A stretch of DNA of 64,000 nucleotides from Capsulimonadales bacterium (GCA_033762295.1 JANRLW010000084.1:1-64000); one strand, 5' to 3'; positions 27,548-38,065 are shown, counted from the first letter of the stretch. Program-made: numbers and translations. The notes: generated by a model not told the origin, from the sequence alone.

Positions 27548-29551
27548 ATGGGGACGAACGGGCGCGAGAGAACGGGAAACTCCGGAGGAAGGGTGCTGCG
27601 CACACTGCTCGATGCCGAACGGTCCCCGGCGATCGGAGTCGTCGGATCGCCGTCCGATACGCGTGAAATCACGATCGATATTCTCGAAACCGCCGAGTCC
27701 GCACGTATCGTCGGGCAGATGGTCTATCTCGTTCTGTCCCATGAAGGCGGTAGCGGAAAGATCGCCGTTCTGGGACAGATCTCCCGCGTGGAGACCCGGA
27801 ACCGGTGGCATGAGGACCTCTCCTTTCGCGGAATCATCAAACGGCAGGGCGGTCTTCCGCACCTGTCCGCCCGTGCCGATGTCCGCACCGCGACCCTGAC
27901 CGTCCAGGCCGCCTTCGCTATCGAAACCGACGAATCCGACGAGGAGCGCTGCGTCGAGGACATGCTCGGAACGTCACCCGCCACCGGCACCCCCGTCTTT
28001 CCCGTCCGTGACGAAGTGCTGAATGTCCTGCTCGAAAAGCACCGGGACGAGATGGTCTTCCTCGGCAACGTCTTCGGCACCGACGTGAAGATGCCGTTCA
28101 CCCTGCGCCACTTCGGGCGCGGATCGGGCGGCGCGGGCGAGGCCTATCATATCGGCGTGTTCGGTAAGACCGGTTCCGGCAAGTCCGGACTCGCCGCCTA
28201 TCTCCTGCTCGCCTATGCCCGCCATCGACAGATGGGCCTCCTCTTCATCGACCCGCAGGGGCAGTTCTCCTCGGACAAGGACCTGCCCTTCCCGATGCAC
28301 CTCGCCATGCGCCGCATGAACCGGACGGTCCGCGTCTATCGTCTGGCGACCCAGGTCCGGCTGCGAGAGAGCGCGGAGGCGTTCGCCGAACTGCTGCGCA
28401 AGGTGAACTTCTATCGGTTCCTCGGCATTCGCAACGCGGATAACGTCGAAGTCGCGATCGAGGTCCTGCAAGCCTGCGTTCGCAAGGCCCTCACCGACGC
28501 GCACGTCAAACTGGACGCCGCCCCGCCCGACCTGCTTCGCCGTACCCTGCAGGCATTGCTGGACGATGCCCGCGCCGCCGAACGCATCTACACCGGCAGG
28601 GAACGACGCGAACAGCTGATCGAACGCGTTCGCTCGGTGCTGGCCGACTCGACCGGCGAGTTCGAGGAACTGCAGAAACTCTGGCGCACCACCCTCGACC
28701 TGTTTCAGCGAACCGACTCGCAGGGCAACGACCGGACCGGCCTCTGGGAGATCGTCGGTTCGGTGATCGGAGCGGGCGAGAACGATACCCAGCCGATCGT
28801 GTTCCTCGACATCTCGGGCGAGGGGACGGCGTTCAAGGACAGCGAGGAGATCAAGGCGCTTCTGCTGAAGGAGATCGCCAACGATCTGAACGTTCAGGGC
28901 GGTAAGGCGTTCCAGAGCGGCAAACGCCTCAACTGCCTGGTCGCGCTCGATGAGGCTCATCGTTACGTCAAGACCTATTCCCGCTCGGACGACAACAGCG
29001 AGATGGCGGAATTGACCCGCAAGTTCACCGATGCCGTTCGGACGACGCGCAAGTACGGACTTGGCTTCATGTTCATCACGCAGACGCTCGCGTCGCTGAA
29101 CCGGGAGATCATCGGTCAGCTTCGCCTTTGCGCCTTCGGGTACGGTCTGACGATGGGTTCGGAGATGGCGCAGCTGCAGGAGATGATCGGCGACGAGGAA
29201 GCGCTGTCGCTCTACCGGTCGTTCGTCGATCCGCAGTCCTCAAAGCAGTACCCCTTTATGTTCACCGGCCCGGTGTCGCCCCTTTCCTTCACCGGGTCAC
29301 CGCTTTTCGTGCGGATGTTCAACCGCTTCTCCGACTTCCGGGAGGCGAACCGTCGCTGGGCCGGGGGCCTGAGCGAGGATGCCGCCGTGGAATTTTCCGA
29401 CCCTCTTTCCGATCTGCCGCCGGGAATGCCAGTGTCCCCCGGAATGCCACCGGGCGCTCCCTCCTCGAACCCCTCTGCTTCCTTTACCGCCAACCGGGGC
29501 TTCGTCGATAAGGAGACGTTCCATCAGGCGAAAAAACGGGATTTCGATTGA
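27548..29551 (+). CDS. HerA/FtsK-superfamily ATPase (DUF87) with N-terminal HAS-barrel-like region
   Basis: HIGVFGKTGSGKS Walker A, FIDPQGQF, LVALDEAHRY Walker B, RKYGLGFMFITQ arginine finger/Q motif. Confidence 0.88.
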   Translation: MGTNGRERTGNSGGRVLRTLLDAERSPAIGVVGSPSDTREITIDILETAESARIVGQMVYLVLSHEGGSGKIAVLGQISRVETRNRWHEDLSFRGIIKRQGGLPHLSARADVRTATLTVQAAFAIETDESDEERCVEDMLGTSPATGTPVFPVRDEVLNVLLEKHRDEMVFLGNVFGTDVKMPFTLRHFGRGSGGAGEAYHIGVFGKTGSGKSGLAAYLLLAYARHRQMGLLFIDPQGQFSSDKDLPFPMHLAMRRMNRTVRVYRLATQVRLRESAEAFAELLRKVNFYRFLGIRNADNVEVAIEVLQACVRKALTDAHVKLDAAPPDLLRRTLQALLDDARAAERIYTGRERREQLIERVRSVLADSTGEFEELQKLWRTTLDLFQRTDSQGNDRTGLWEIVGSVIGAGENDTQPIVFLDISGEGTAFKDSEEIKALLLKEIANDLNVQGGKAFQSGKRLNCLVALDEAHRYVKTYSRSDDNSEMAELTRKFTDAVRTTRKYGLGFMFITQTLASLNREIIGQLRLCAFGYGLTMGSEMAQLQEMIGDEEALSLYRSFVDPQSSKQYPFMFTGPVSPLSFTGSPLFVRMFNRFSDFREANRRWAGGLSEDAAVEFSDPLSDLPPGMPVSPGMPPGAPSSNPSASFTANRGFVDKETFHQAKKRDFD

Positions 29552-29673
29552 GCGGGGTGTGCAAAACTACCGCCAACCTTTTGGGCCACCTGCTCGTCTT
29601 AATACCAGGGAAGATTGTGAAGAGTCCGCTTCCCTTTTTCTGTCTCACCCTTCAACAAAGGAGACCTCTACCG

Positions 29674-29877
29674 ATGCCACTGGAGATGATTGCCTGGGGG
29701 GCGATTCCGGTTGTCGGGATCTGCATTGCTGCCGGAATCCATCGTCGTGTCCGCGCCGAACGTGATGCCCGACTGGGATCGTTTCGCTCGTTCCGACGGA
29801 CGGTCGAAACCATCCATCGTCAACAGAACGACCTGCTGCAACAGGCGATGCAGGATGCTCGCCATAGTCTGCACTGA
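29674..29877 (+). CDS. Small single-pass membrane protein (67 aa)
   Basis: AAAGGAG SD; MPLEMIAWGAIPVVGICIAAGI TM followed by a basic/coiled tail. Confidence 0.5.
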   Translation: MPLEMIAWGAIPVVGICIAAGIHRRVRAERDARLGSFRSFRRTVETIHRQQNDLLQQAMQDARHSLH

Positions 29878-29900
29878 GCCATAACCCGATATCCAACCTA

Positions 29901-30278
29901 TCAAACGGCGTCCTCCCATTCGCCCAGAAACCGGAGGACGCCGTTTTCGCATTTCGGACACGGTTCGTTTTCGGCGTTCCAGGTCAGCACGGTTCCGCAG
30001 ACCGGACAGGGACCGACCTCCGTTCCGGTGCAGCCGAGCCGCTGCGCCTCGGCATAGGCGACGACCGCATGATCCGCCGGCGGGTCCAGGACGACAAAGG
30101 CGAAGTCCCGCGGCGCGCGGCAGCCACGGCACCAGAGCCGGTTCGCCAGTCCGCCGATCAGCCCGTAACCGGGATAGGGTTCCCGCCCACCGCCCGGTAT
30201 CGGCTGCCACTCCAGAGCGTGAATCAGGACCGCGTCGAACTCGCACCGGTCGCAGGCGAACAGTTCCGACACCGCCAT
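29901..30278 (-). CDS. Hypothetical Zn-ribbon protein with four CxxC pairs
   Basis: CDRC, CRGC, CPVC, CPKC; starts 1 nt after the upstream stop. Confidence 0.7.
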   Translation of the reverse strand: MAVSELFACDRCEFDAVLIHALEWQPIPGGGREPYPGYGLIGGLANRLWCRGCRAPRDFAFVVLDPPADHAVVAYAEAQRLGCTGTEVGPCPVCGTVLTWNAENEPCPKCENGVLRFLGEWEDAV

Positions 30279-30279
30279 C

Positions 30280-30849
30280 TCAGTCGTTTCGGCTCCAGGG
30301 AATATCCTCGATTTCCGCCCGCCGGTTGGCGACCCGCGCCAGGACAAAAAGCAGGTCCGCGACCCGGTTCAGGTAGCGCAAAACCTCCTCGTTGACGCTG
30401 TCCGGCGCGGCATGGTAAAGAGCCACCACCTGACGCTCGGCGCGACGGACGACGGTCCGGGCGTGGTGAACGGTCGCCGCGGCTACGGACCCACCCGGCA
30501 GGATGAACTGCCGTAACGGTTCGAGTTCGTCCTCGTATCGATCGATCAGTCCTTCCAGTTCGACGGTCTGCGCCTCCCGGACACGCGGGACGATACTTCT
30601 CCCGGCCTGCGCCTCCCGTTCGATCGGAGTCGCCAGATCGGCACCGACCGTGAAAAGCTCGCCCTGCAGCCGCAGGATCAGGGCATGCAGTTCCGCATCG
30701 GTCGCCAGGGCGACGGCGGCCAATCCGAGGACCGCGTTGGCCTCATCGACCGTGCCGTAGGCTTCGACCCGGATATCGTCCTTGCCGACACGCTGCCCGC
30801 CGTACAATCCGGTTTCTCCGGCATCGCCGGTTCTCGTGTATATCTTCAT
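30280..30849 (-). CDS. ATP:cob(I)alamin adenosyltransferase, PduO type
   Basis: [49 protein letters not shown]. Confidence 0.95.
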   Translation of the reverse strand: MKIYTRTGDAGETGLYGGQRVGKDDIRVEAYGTVDEANAVLGLAAVALATDAELHALILRLQGELFTVGADLATPIEREAQAGRSIVPRVREAQTVELEGLIDRYEDELEPLRQFILPGGSVAAATVHHARTVVRRAERQVVALYHAAPDSVNEEVLRYLNRVADLLFVLARVANRRAEIEDIPWSRND

Positions 30850-32717
30850 GCTCGATGTGCGTCCTCCGTTTTTTCGCGCCGTCGGTTCAGTGACTCCTCC
30901 GCTTCGGCGAGCGTTTTTCCACCGACCAGTTCCCTGGCCACTCCGCTCATGGCGAGTTCCGCCAGGGGACGGGCGGTCGCTTCGAACGCCTCCATCGCCT
31001 CCCGGATGGCGGAATGATCGGGCGCACGGTCACGAGCGTCCACGAGCCGTCCCAGCGCCTCCTCGATTTTTTCCCGCGTCTCGCGGTCGAGGTCCGCGCC
31101 GTGGCTCGCCAGCAGCTTGTTCGCGCCACGGATCGCCGCCTCCGCCTCGTTGCGCATATCGGCGATCATCCGGGCCTTGAAGTCGTCCTCGGCGAACCGG
31201 AACGACTCCCGCACCATGGTTCGGACCTCGTTCTCGGTCAGTCCGTAGGAGGGTTTGATCCGCACCTCGGTTCGGACGCCCGAGCGGACCTCGACCGCGT
31301 TCACCTGAAGGATGCCGTTGGCATCGAGCAGGAACGTCACTTCGATCTTCGGAATTCCGGCGGGCATCGGCGGGATGCCGCTCAGTTCCAGGCGGGCAAG
31401 GCTGCGGTTGTCCCCGGCCATCTCCCGTTCGCCCTGAACGACGTGCAGCAGGACGGTCGTCTGACCGTCGATCGAGGTCGTGAACTCCTCCTTCGCGGTC
31501 GAGGGGATCTTGGCGTTGCGGAAGATCAGTTTCTCGGTCGCGCCGCCCATGGTCTCGAGTCCGAGGGAAAGCGGGGTGATATCGAGGAGCAGCAGGTCGG
31601 TACGGTTTCCGGACAGGATATCCGCCTGAATCGCCGCGCCCAGAGCGACGACTTCATCGGGGTTGAGGTGGGTGTGCGGAACGCGTCCGAACAGATTGCC
31701 GACCGCTTCCCGGATCGCCGGAATCCGGGTCGATCCGCCGACGAGCACAACTTCGTCGATCTGATCGGGTCTCAGATCGGCGTCCGCCAGCACCTGCCGG
31801 CAGGCGGCGAGTGTCCGTCCGATCAGAGGGGCGATCGCCCGTTCGAGTTCGGCGCGATCGAGGGTACGGGCGAACGTTCCGCCTCCCGGTCGTTCCAGGG
31901 TCACGACGGCCACGGGGTGATCGGTCAGCCGACGTTTGGCCGCCTCGGCGGCAAGTCGCACCAGACCGCGCAGTTCGGCGGAAACGTTCGTCTCGCCCAT
32001 TTCGGCCAGCAGGGATTCCACCAGCAGGTTATCGATATCGTCCCCACCCAGATGGGTATCGCCGCCGGTCGCCAGCACTTCGAAGATACCGTCCTCCAGA
32101 CGCAGGAGCGAGATGTCGAACGTCCCGCCGCCCAGGTCAAAGACCGCGATCGTCGCGGCGTCCCGGTTCTGCAGACCGTAGGCGAGCGAGGCGGCGGTCG
32201 GTTCGTTGACGATGCGGACAACCTCAAGTCCGGCGATCGTCCCGGCGTCCTTGGTCGCCTGTCGCTGGGCGTCGTTAAAATAGGCGGGGACGGTAATCAC
32301 GGCTTTCTCGACCGGTTGCCCCAGCACGCGTTCGGCCCGCTCCCTGAGGGCTCGCAGCACAAGCGCTCCGACTTCCGGCGCGGAAACGGCGCGTCCGTCT
32401 CCCAGATCGATCCGTACCGTTTCGGCGTACGCAGTGGAGAGGCGATAGGGAAGGAGTTCGGCTTCGTTCCGCAGGTCGTCCGGACCGCGCCCCATCAGGC
32501 GTTTGGCGGAAAAGATGGTGCGGAGCGGATGAGTGGTCAGGAAGGGACGCGCCGGGTCGCCGACCACCGGGCGTTCCTCCCCTTCCGGAAAATGGACGAC
32601 GGACGGCAGCAACGCCGCCTGCGTTTCCGGGTCCCGAATCACCACGGGAACCCCTTTTTCCATACAGGCAACGAGCGAGTTGGTCGTGCCGAGATCGATT
32701 CCGACAATCATGGACAT
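30846..32717 (-). CDS. hscA: Hsp70 family chaperone, HscA-like
   Basis: [42 protein letters not shown] and V.Q.VKPSYGL-type features of HscA; lacks the DnaK acidic C-terminal tail. Confidence 0.75.
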   Translation of the reverse strand: MSMIVGIDLGTTNSLVACMEKGVPVVIRDPETQAALLPSVVHFPEGEERPVVGDPARPFLTTHPLRTIFSAKRLMGRGPDDLRNEAELLPYRLSTAYAETVRIDLGDGRAVSAPEVGALVLRALRERAERVLGQPVEKAVITVPAYFNDAQRQATKDAGTIAGLEVVRIVNEPTAASLAYGLQNRDAATIAVFDLGGGTFDISLLRLEDGIFEVLATGGDTHLGGDDIDNLLVESLLAEMGETNVSAELRGLVRLAAEAAKRRLTDHPVAVVTLERPGGGTFARTLDRAELERAIAPLIGRTLAACRQVLADADLRPDQIDEVVLVGGSTRIPAIREAVGNLFGRVPHTHLNPDEVVALGAAIQADILSGNRTDLLLLDITPLSLGLETMGGATEKLIFRNAKIPSTAKEEFTTSIDGQTTVLLHVVQGEREMAGDNRSLARLELSGIPPMPAGIPKIEVTFLLDANGILQVNAVEVRSGVRTEVRIKPSYGLTENEVRTMVRESFRFAEDDFKARMIADMRNEAEAAIRGANKLLASHGADLDRETREKIEEALGRLVDARDRAPDHSAIREAMEAFEATARPLAELAMSGVARELVGGKTLAEAEESLNRRREKTEDAHRA

Positions 32718-32814
32718 AGATACAGGACGGAGAATCCCGCCGGAGGATTCCTTTCGTCACCCCTTTCCGTTCGGGCGGTTCCACGGTTCGGAAACCGCTT
32801 CACCGTCTCCGAGG

Positions 32815-33693
32815 TCAGTTCAAAAATTCGCTACCCTTACGAACCAGAAAACGCGCGGAACGTTCCAGTTCCTCGATTCCGGATTCGCCATCCTCGATGG
32901 AAATCCACCCATCGAATCCGATCGCCTTCAATACCGCGAAGATTCGGTCGTAATCGATGATTCCGGTACCGATCTCGCCGTGAATCAGCTGGGTATAATC
33001 GGTGAGGCTCTCGGTCCCGGCGGTGACTCCGGCGCGGGGACGGCGGTCGCTGGCATGCATGGTGACGACTCGATGCTTGACTTTCTCCAGCAGTTCCATG
33101 TAATCCTCGCCGGCCAGCAGTGTGTTGGACGGATCGAAATTCACTCCGAAGAAGGGGCTGTCGATCCGTTCGACGATCGCGAGGAACCGCGCCTGTTTCT
33201 GGGCGAACTCGGGCAGGGTCCAGTAATGGTCCTTGAAATGGTTCTCCATGTTGAGAATGACGCCGAGGCGTTCCGCTTCGGGCAGCAGGGCGGTGATGCA
33301 CTCCACGGTGTAGCGGATGCCCTCCTCCTCGGAGACTTCGGGACGTCGCTGCCCGGAGAGCACCCGGCAGAACCCGGAGCCGAGCGTGGCGGCGGTCCGG
33401 ATCATCCGTCGATGGCGTTCGACGGCCTCGGTTCGTTCCGCCGGGTCGGGATGGGTGAAATCCGGCGAGGCACAGAACATCGGCAACGTGAAACCGGCAT
33501 CCTCGGCCGACTTTCGAAGACGGATCAGGTATGTCTCCTCCAGGGATTCGAGAAATCCGGGATGCATTTCGAGTCCGGTCACCCCGAGAGGTCTCAGGTG
33601 ATTTCTGGCGATCTCGATCCATTCGAAGACGCTCATTGTCCGATCGATCCCCATCGCATCCATGAAGCATTTCGGCATCGCCGCGAGTTTCAT
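32815..33693 (-). CDS. Sugar phosphate isomerase/epimerase (xylose isomerase-like TIM barrel)
   Basis: MENHFKD, VNFDPSN, MHASD, IG.G.IDY, GWISIED; GAGGAGG SD before ATG 33693. Confidence 0.88.
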   Translation of the reverse strand: MKLAAMPKCFMDAMGIDRTMSVFEWIEIARNHLRPLGVTGLEMHPGFLESLEETYLIRLRKSAEDAGFTLPMFCASPDFTHPDPAERTEAVERHRRMIRTAATLGSGFCRVLSGQRRPEVSEEEGIRYTVECITALLPEAERLGVILNMENHFKDHYWTLPEFAQKQARFLAIVERIDSPFFGVNFDPSNTLLAGEDYMELLEKVKHRVVTMHASDRRPRAGVTAGTESLTDYTQLIHGEIGTGIIDYDRIFAVLKAIGFDGWISIEDGESGIEELERSARFLVRKGSEFLN

Positions 33694-33900
33694 CCGTTCC
33701 TCCTCGTTCCCGACGTCAGTGACAGTCGAAGAATACCCTAAAACCGGGCAACCCGCTTCGGAAGAACGGCTCCGGGTTGCAACTCCTTTAGTAGCAGAAA
33801 TTTTTATGTATGTTAAGGGTAAATTTTCTGACATTTTTACTTAAATTCGGAACAGCCCGGAAAATTACGGTGTCAAAAAAGAGTAAATAAGTGAAAAACA

Positions 33901-33930
33901 TTGAAATCCGATCCCTATATATGGTATGTT
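33901..33930 (+). promoter_or_regulatory. Sigma70-like promoter toward the LacI gene
   Basis: TTGAAA-N18-TATGTT with a TG extension, in an AT-rich divergent intergenic region. Confidence 0.4.
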
Positions 33931-34518
33931 TGACAGGAAGACGCACAAAATATCGGTGACGGTATCTACATGTAGTGATTGGCTCGCACTTTTTTACTAA
34001 ATATGGTGTTTTTCCGGTGGATTTTGCTTAAGAATGGTTAAGGGTCAGAGATCACCACCGGAACGAACATGTAGACATTTTTAGTAAAACACGAGGCGTC
34101 GGACCCCGGTCGAATCCGGGAGTTCCGGAACCTCCGGGAGATTTCATACGGTGACGAACGATTCTCGTCCATCCTGTCGGCGTCCGGCCGCAGGTCTTCC
34201 CTTTTAAGGGCAGGGCGACGTTCGCATCGCCGGTTATATTGTTACTAAATTTTTAGGTTTTTGCGGTCGAGGGGTAATCCTTCCGCAGCATACCGCCGAC
34301 AATAAAACCACACAAATGCGGATTTTCGGATCTGCGACATCCGACAACAGCGGCGGGGGGTTCTTCGGAATCCGAGATGGAGGGGGGAGACCATCGGGCG
34401 GCTCTTTTCAGAATAGAGAGCGCTACGGATTATCGGAAACCAAGTCAGTGTGCTTACAAGCCGGTTCTGCATCGGGATCGATCCTGGTCCCGGTAAAGAG
34501 TTTGGATGGGAGAATGGT

Positions 34519-35874
34519 ATGAAAGTTCGTTCGACGTTGAAGGATGTTGCTACCGCCGCAGGCGTTTCGCCGACCACGGTCTCGCTGTATCTGAACGGAT
34601 TCAATCAGGTCTGTTCCGATGAAACCGCGACCCGGATCCGCCAGGCCGTCTCGCAACTCCAGTATACGCGGGGTTTGAAGGCGCTGAACGCGCTGCCCCC
34701 GACGACCGCGCCGGCGTCGGAACCGTCCCGCGAAACATCCCGCCGCGCCTTCGCCGAGATGGCCGAACGCCGGCCCAAATCGCGCAAGGATGTCGTTCTT
34801 CCGTTCGCGGATGCCCTTCCGCTTCGCCCTTCTCCGGGACGTGAGGGCGAGACGACGGCGGATACCGAAACCTTTTTCGCCACGTCGCGACGCCCGGTGG
34901 CCCCGCAAACCGAACGTCCTTCCCTCGGAATGGCCCGCCGTCTGCGCACGATCGGTGTCTCGCTTCCGACCGCGCCGTCCCCGGCCGAAGGCACCGAACT
35001 GTCGCATCCGGCGATGGAACGGTTTGCCGCCGATATCTGGGCCGGCGCCTCGGAGATGGCCGAGTGGGAGGAGTTCCGCCTGCTCAGCTTTCCCCGGCGC
35101 ATCCGTACGCTTGCCTCCTCCGAGGCGTTCACCGATGGTTCCATCGGCGGTCTGATTCTCGAAGCCGGGTATCAGGACCCGCGCACCGACGAACTGACAC
35201 ATTTCGGTCTGCCCGTCGTTCTGCTCAACCGGTTCCTGGATATCCCTTCCGGATGCGGCGCCGTCTACCCGATGGAGCGTAACACCGTGGAAACGGCCCT
35301 CGATTATCTTCGCAAGAAGGGACATCAGCGGATCGCCTTCTACGGAGGCCCGATCGTCCGGGAGGAGAACGAAACCCTGGCACTGACGCAACCGGCGACC
35401 GCGGAGGATACCGTCTCCTGGAGCGCCAGCGACTTTGCCACGATGCGGTACGAACGCTATCAGGCTTCCATGCGTCGCAACCAGCAGCTCAATCCCCAGT
35501 GGGTCTACGGCGAGGATTCCTGGGACGGCAATCATGCGGCGGCGGTTCTGCATCGCTGGCGTTCACTGCCCGAAGCGCCGACCGCCGTTTTCTGTGCCAG
35601 CGACTCCCTCGCCATCGCGCTCTGGGCCGCGGCGGAGGAGATGGGTCTGTCCGTCCCGGAGGACCTGAGTATTATCGGCGTCGGCGACTCCCCGGAAGGG
35701 TTCCGCCAGAAACGACCGCTAACGACGATCGCTCTGCCCGGCATCGAAATCGGGCGGGAAGCCGTGCGTTTGCTTCTCCAGATGATCGAGGGTCTGCCCC
35801 CGCACTACTGCCGCCAGGCGGTTCCGCTCGACCGAAACTGCCTGATCGAACGAAACAGCGTCGCCCACATCTGA
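34519..35874 (+). CDS. LacI family transcriptional regulator with long low-complexity insertion
   Basis: TLKDVATAAGVSPTTVS HTH; GHQRIAF, PTAVFCASDSLA, GLSVPEDLSIIG, LTTI ligand-binding domain motifs. Confidence 0.88.
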   Translation: MKVRSTLKDVATAAGVSPTTVSLYLNGFNQVCSDETATRIRQAVSQLQYTRGLKALNALPPTTAPASEPSRETSRRAFAEMAERRPKSRKDVVLPFADALPLRPSPGREGETTADTETFFATSRRPVAPQTERPSLGMARRLRTIGVSLPTAPSPAEGTELSHPAMERFAADIWAGASEMAEWEEFRLLSFPRRIRTLASSEAFTDGSIGGLILEAGYQDPRTDELTHFGLPVVLLNRFLDIPSGCGAVYPMERNTVETALDYLRKKGHQRIAFYGGPIVREENETLALTQPATAEDTVSWSASDFATMRYERYQASMRRNQQLNPQWVYGEDSWDGNHAAAVLHRWRSLPEAPTAVFCASDSLAIALWAAAEEMGLSVPEDLSIIGVGDSPEGFRQKRPLTTIALPGIEIGREAVRLLLQMIEGLPPHYCRQAVPLDRNCLIERNSVAHI

Positions 35875-35926
35875 CCGGCGGTCTGACGGACCTCTGACGG
35901 ACAGACGACAACGCTTCAAAGCTTCA

Positions 35927-35959
35927 AACGTCCCGCGCCCGATTCGGGCGCGGGACGTT
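35927..35959. terminator. Stem-loop between convergent LacI gene and msrB
   Basis: aacgtcccgcgcccg-att-cgggcgcgggacgtt. Confidence 0.7.
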
Positions 35960-35973
35960 CCGATTGTTCCGAT

Positions 35974-36381
35974 TTACGGACGGACAAAGTGAAGCGAGGC
36001 GGAGTTGATGCAGAAACGAACCCCCGTCTCCGTCGGCCCATCGTCGAAAACATGCCCGAGATGGCCGCCGCACCGACTGCACAGCACCTCGACCCGCTTC
36101 ATTCCGTGGGAACGATCCTCGCGCAGGGTGACGGCTCCCTTTTGCACCCGATCGAAAGACGGCCATCCGCAGTGGGAATCGAACTTCTCGTCCGACGTGA
36201 ACAGGGTCTGCCCACAGCCGGCGCAGGAGTACGCCCCCTCCTCATCGAACCGCCAGTACCGCCCGGTGAACGGACGCTCGGTCCCTGCCTGCCGGAGAAT
36301 ATGGTACTGTTCGGGGGACAGCGTCGCCTTCCACTCGGCATCGGTTTTGATCACTTTATCCGTAGATTCCGTGTTCGACAT
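35974..36381 (-). CDS. msrB: Peptide-methionine (R)-S-oxide reductase
   Basis: GTERPFTG, CAGC, KFDSHCGWPSF, CSRCGGHLGHVFDDGP, RFCINSASL. Confidence 0.96.
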   Translation of the reverse strand: MSNTESTDKVIKTDAEWKATLSPEQYHILRQAGTERPFTGRYWRFDEEGAYSCAGCGQTLFTSDEKFDSHCGWPSFDRVQKGAVTLREDRSHGMKRVEVLCSRCGGHLGHVFDDGPTETGVRFCINSASLHFVRP

Positions 36382-36475
36382 ATCTTTTTCATCCTTTCCG
36401 CACTCCATATACACCTGACGGAAACCGGAAGTTCGGCGTTCGCGGTACGATACGACGAACGAAAACACAGGGCAA

Positions 36476-37159
36476 ATGGCTGATACGATCCAACTCCTCG
36501 CCGAACGGTATCCGCTGACCGAGGTGACAATCGCCGCCGCCGGGCGAGACTGGCGGATCGTCGCCGTGACCGATCAGGACGCGCTGGCCAATCGCATCCG
36601 AACCGAGGAGGATCTGTGCAACTTCCCCTACGGGTTGATGCTCTGGGCCTCGGCGATCGGGTTGGCGCAGAAGCTCTCGGCGGAACCGGAGCGCATTCGC
36701 GGTCGGCGGGTGCTGGAAATCGGTGCGGGCATCGGGGTCGCCGGACTGGCGGCCGCCCATCTCGGCGGGGTGGTGACGCAAACCGATTACCTGGAGGAGG
36801 CATTGATCCTCTGTCGGCATAATGCCCGGGTCAACGGCATCGCCGGAACGGTCACCCGTCGGGGCGACTGGCGGGCCTGGCCCTCCGATCTTCCCCCGTT
36901 CCCGGTCGTTATCGGTTCCGATGTTCTGTATGACCGGGAGATGCATCCCGTTCTTCGGGAACTGCTGCCCTCTCTGGTGGAACCGGGCGGCACGGTTCTC
37001 CTTTCCGATCCGATTCGACCGCAGGCGCTGGATTTTACGGAATCCCTGGAGAGGACCGGACGCTGGTCCGTCGCCATGGAGGGACTTCAGGTCCGTTTCG
37101 AGAGTCAGGTGAAGGATCTGGCGCTCTTCCACCTGACTCTCGAAACGGACCCGTCGTAG
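36476..37159 (+). CDS. Class I SAM methyltransferase, Methyltransf_16 (METTL21/nicotinamide MTase-like) family
   Basis: PYG..LW.SA..LA, VLEIGAGIG, TDY, VIGSDVLY. Confidence 0.85.
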   Translation: MADTIQLLAERYPLTEVTIAAAGRDWRIVAVTDQDALANRIRTEEDLCNFPYGLMLWASAIGLAQKLSAEPERIRGRRVLEIGAGIGVAGLAAAHLGGVVTQTDYLEEALILCRHNARVNGIAGTVTRRGDWRAWPSDLPPFPVVIGSDVLYDREMHPVLRELLPSLVEPGGTVLLSDPIRPQALDFTESLERTGRWSVAMEGLQVRFESQVKDLALFHLTLETDPS

Positions 37160-37183
37160 GGCACGGAATCGGTTCCGTGCCCT
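37158..37183. terminator. Stem-loop between convergent methyltransferase and terC
   Basis: agggcacggaa-tcgg-ttccgtgccct. Confidence 0.65.
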
Positions 37184-37201
37184 GCGAACGAGTTCGGCGG
37201 A

Positions 37202-38065
37202 TCAATGGGAGGTCGGAGAGGCGGGCGGCGTCGCCGGGCGACGCAGCGCGACGAAGGTTCCGATCGTGACGATCAGACCCATGCCGATCCAGAATACGAA
37301 ATCGGGCAGAGCGATGGGCATCGGACGATGGATGCTGTGGCCGAACGACTCGATCGCTTCCAGGCTGAGTTTCAGACCGGCCCAGGCGACCAGCAAGTAG
37401 GCGGTATCGGCGAACGCCGGGTATTTCTCCAGCAGTTTGATGAACGCGGTGGCGACCAGACGCAACGCGATGATCCCGAGGATGACGCCGAGATAGATCA
37501 CCCAGAGTTTGTTGGTCAGGGCGACCGCCGCCAGGATGGAGTCCACGGCGAAGGCGACATCCGTCAGTGCGAGCGCGATAACGACCTTTCGAAACTCCAC
37601 TTTATCGGCTTTATCCGGCCGCTCCGGCGAGGCGCCTTCGGCGGAAACGGTCGGTTCGCCGCCCTCCTTGGCCACCGTTTCCGATCCGGTTTCCGGGTGC
37701 CCCCCCTGGAGTTTTTCACGGAAATGGTTTCCGGCCAGATAGAGAAGATACGCCCCTCCCGCGGCACGCATAAACCAGAACTTGATAATCAGGGATGCGA
37801 AAAGCAGGCCGACCGCCCTGAACAGGAAGGACAGCATGATCCCGATGTTGAGCGCGGTATTTCTCTGACGTTCATCCGGCAAACGCCGGGCGATCAGCGC
37901 AAGTACGAGCGCATTGTCCGCGGAGAGCAAGCCCTCCAGCAGCATAAGAGTTCCGATACTGGCGATATCCTGCGGTGACAATTCGGCGATTCCTTGGTGA
38001 AGGGTAGTGACAATATTCCCTGCTGCCAAGAACGCTTCCTGGAGCATAACACGGTACCTTTCCAT
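37202..38065 (-). CDS. TerC family (YkoY/Alx-like) Mn-export membrane protein (start may be 38047)
   Basis: LEGLLSADNALVL, DVAFAVDSILAAVAL, G.ILGII.LR motifs; riboswitch upstream. Confidence 0.9.
   Translation of the reverse strand: MERYRVMLQEAFLAAGNIVTTLHQGIAELSPQDIASIGTLMLLEGLLSADNALVLALIARRLPDERQRNTALNIGIMLSFLFRAVGLLFASLIIKFWFMRAAGGAYLLYLAGNHFREKLQGGHPETGSETVAKEGGEPTVSAEGASPERPDKADKVEFRKVVIALALTDVAFAVDSILAAVALTNKLWVIYLGVILGIIALRLVATAFIKLLEKYPAFADTAYLLVAWAGLKLSLEAIESFGHSIHRPMPIALPDFVFWIGMGLIVTIGTFVALRRPATPPASPTSH

Noticed and set aside
21400..29600. Discrete prophage or ICE
   Set aside because: No integrase, structural, conjugation or flanking-repeat signals; host-like genes (oxidoreductase, TPR lipoprotein) are interleaved.
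30846..32717. dnaK
   Set aside because: No grpE/dnaJ context, lacks the acidic C-terminal tail, and has HscA-type substrate-domain motifs.
34026..34042. Fourth copy of the GTTAA direct-repeat box
   Set aside because: The period is 10 bp rather than 11 and there is no matching -10 spacing.
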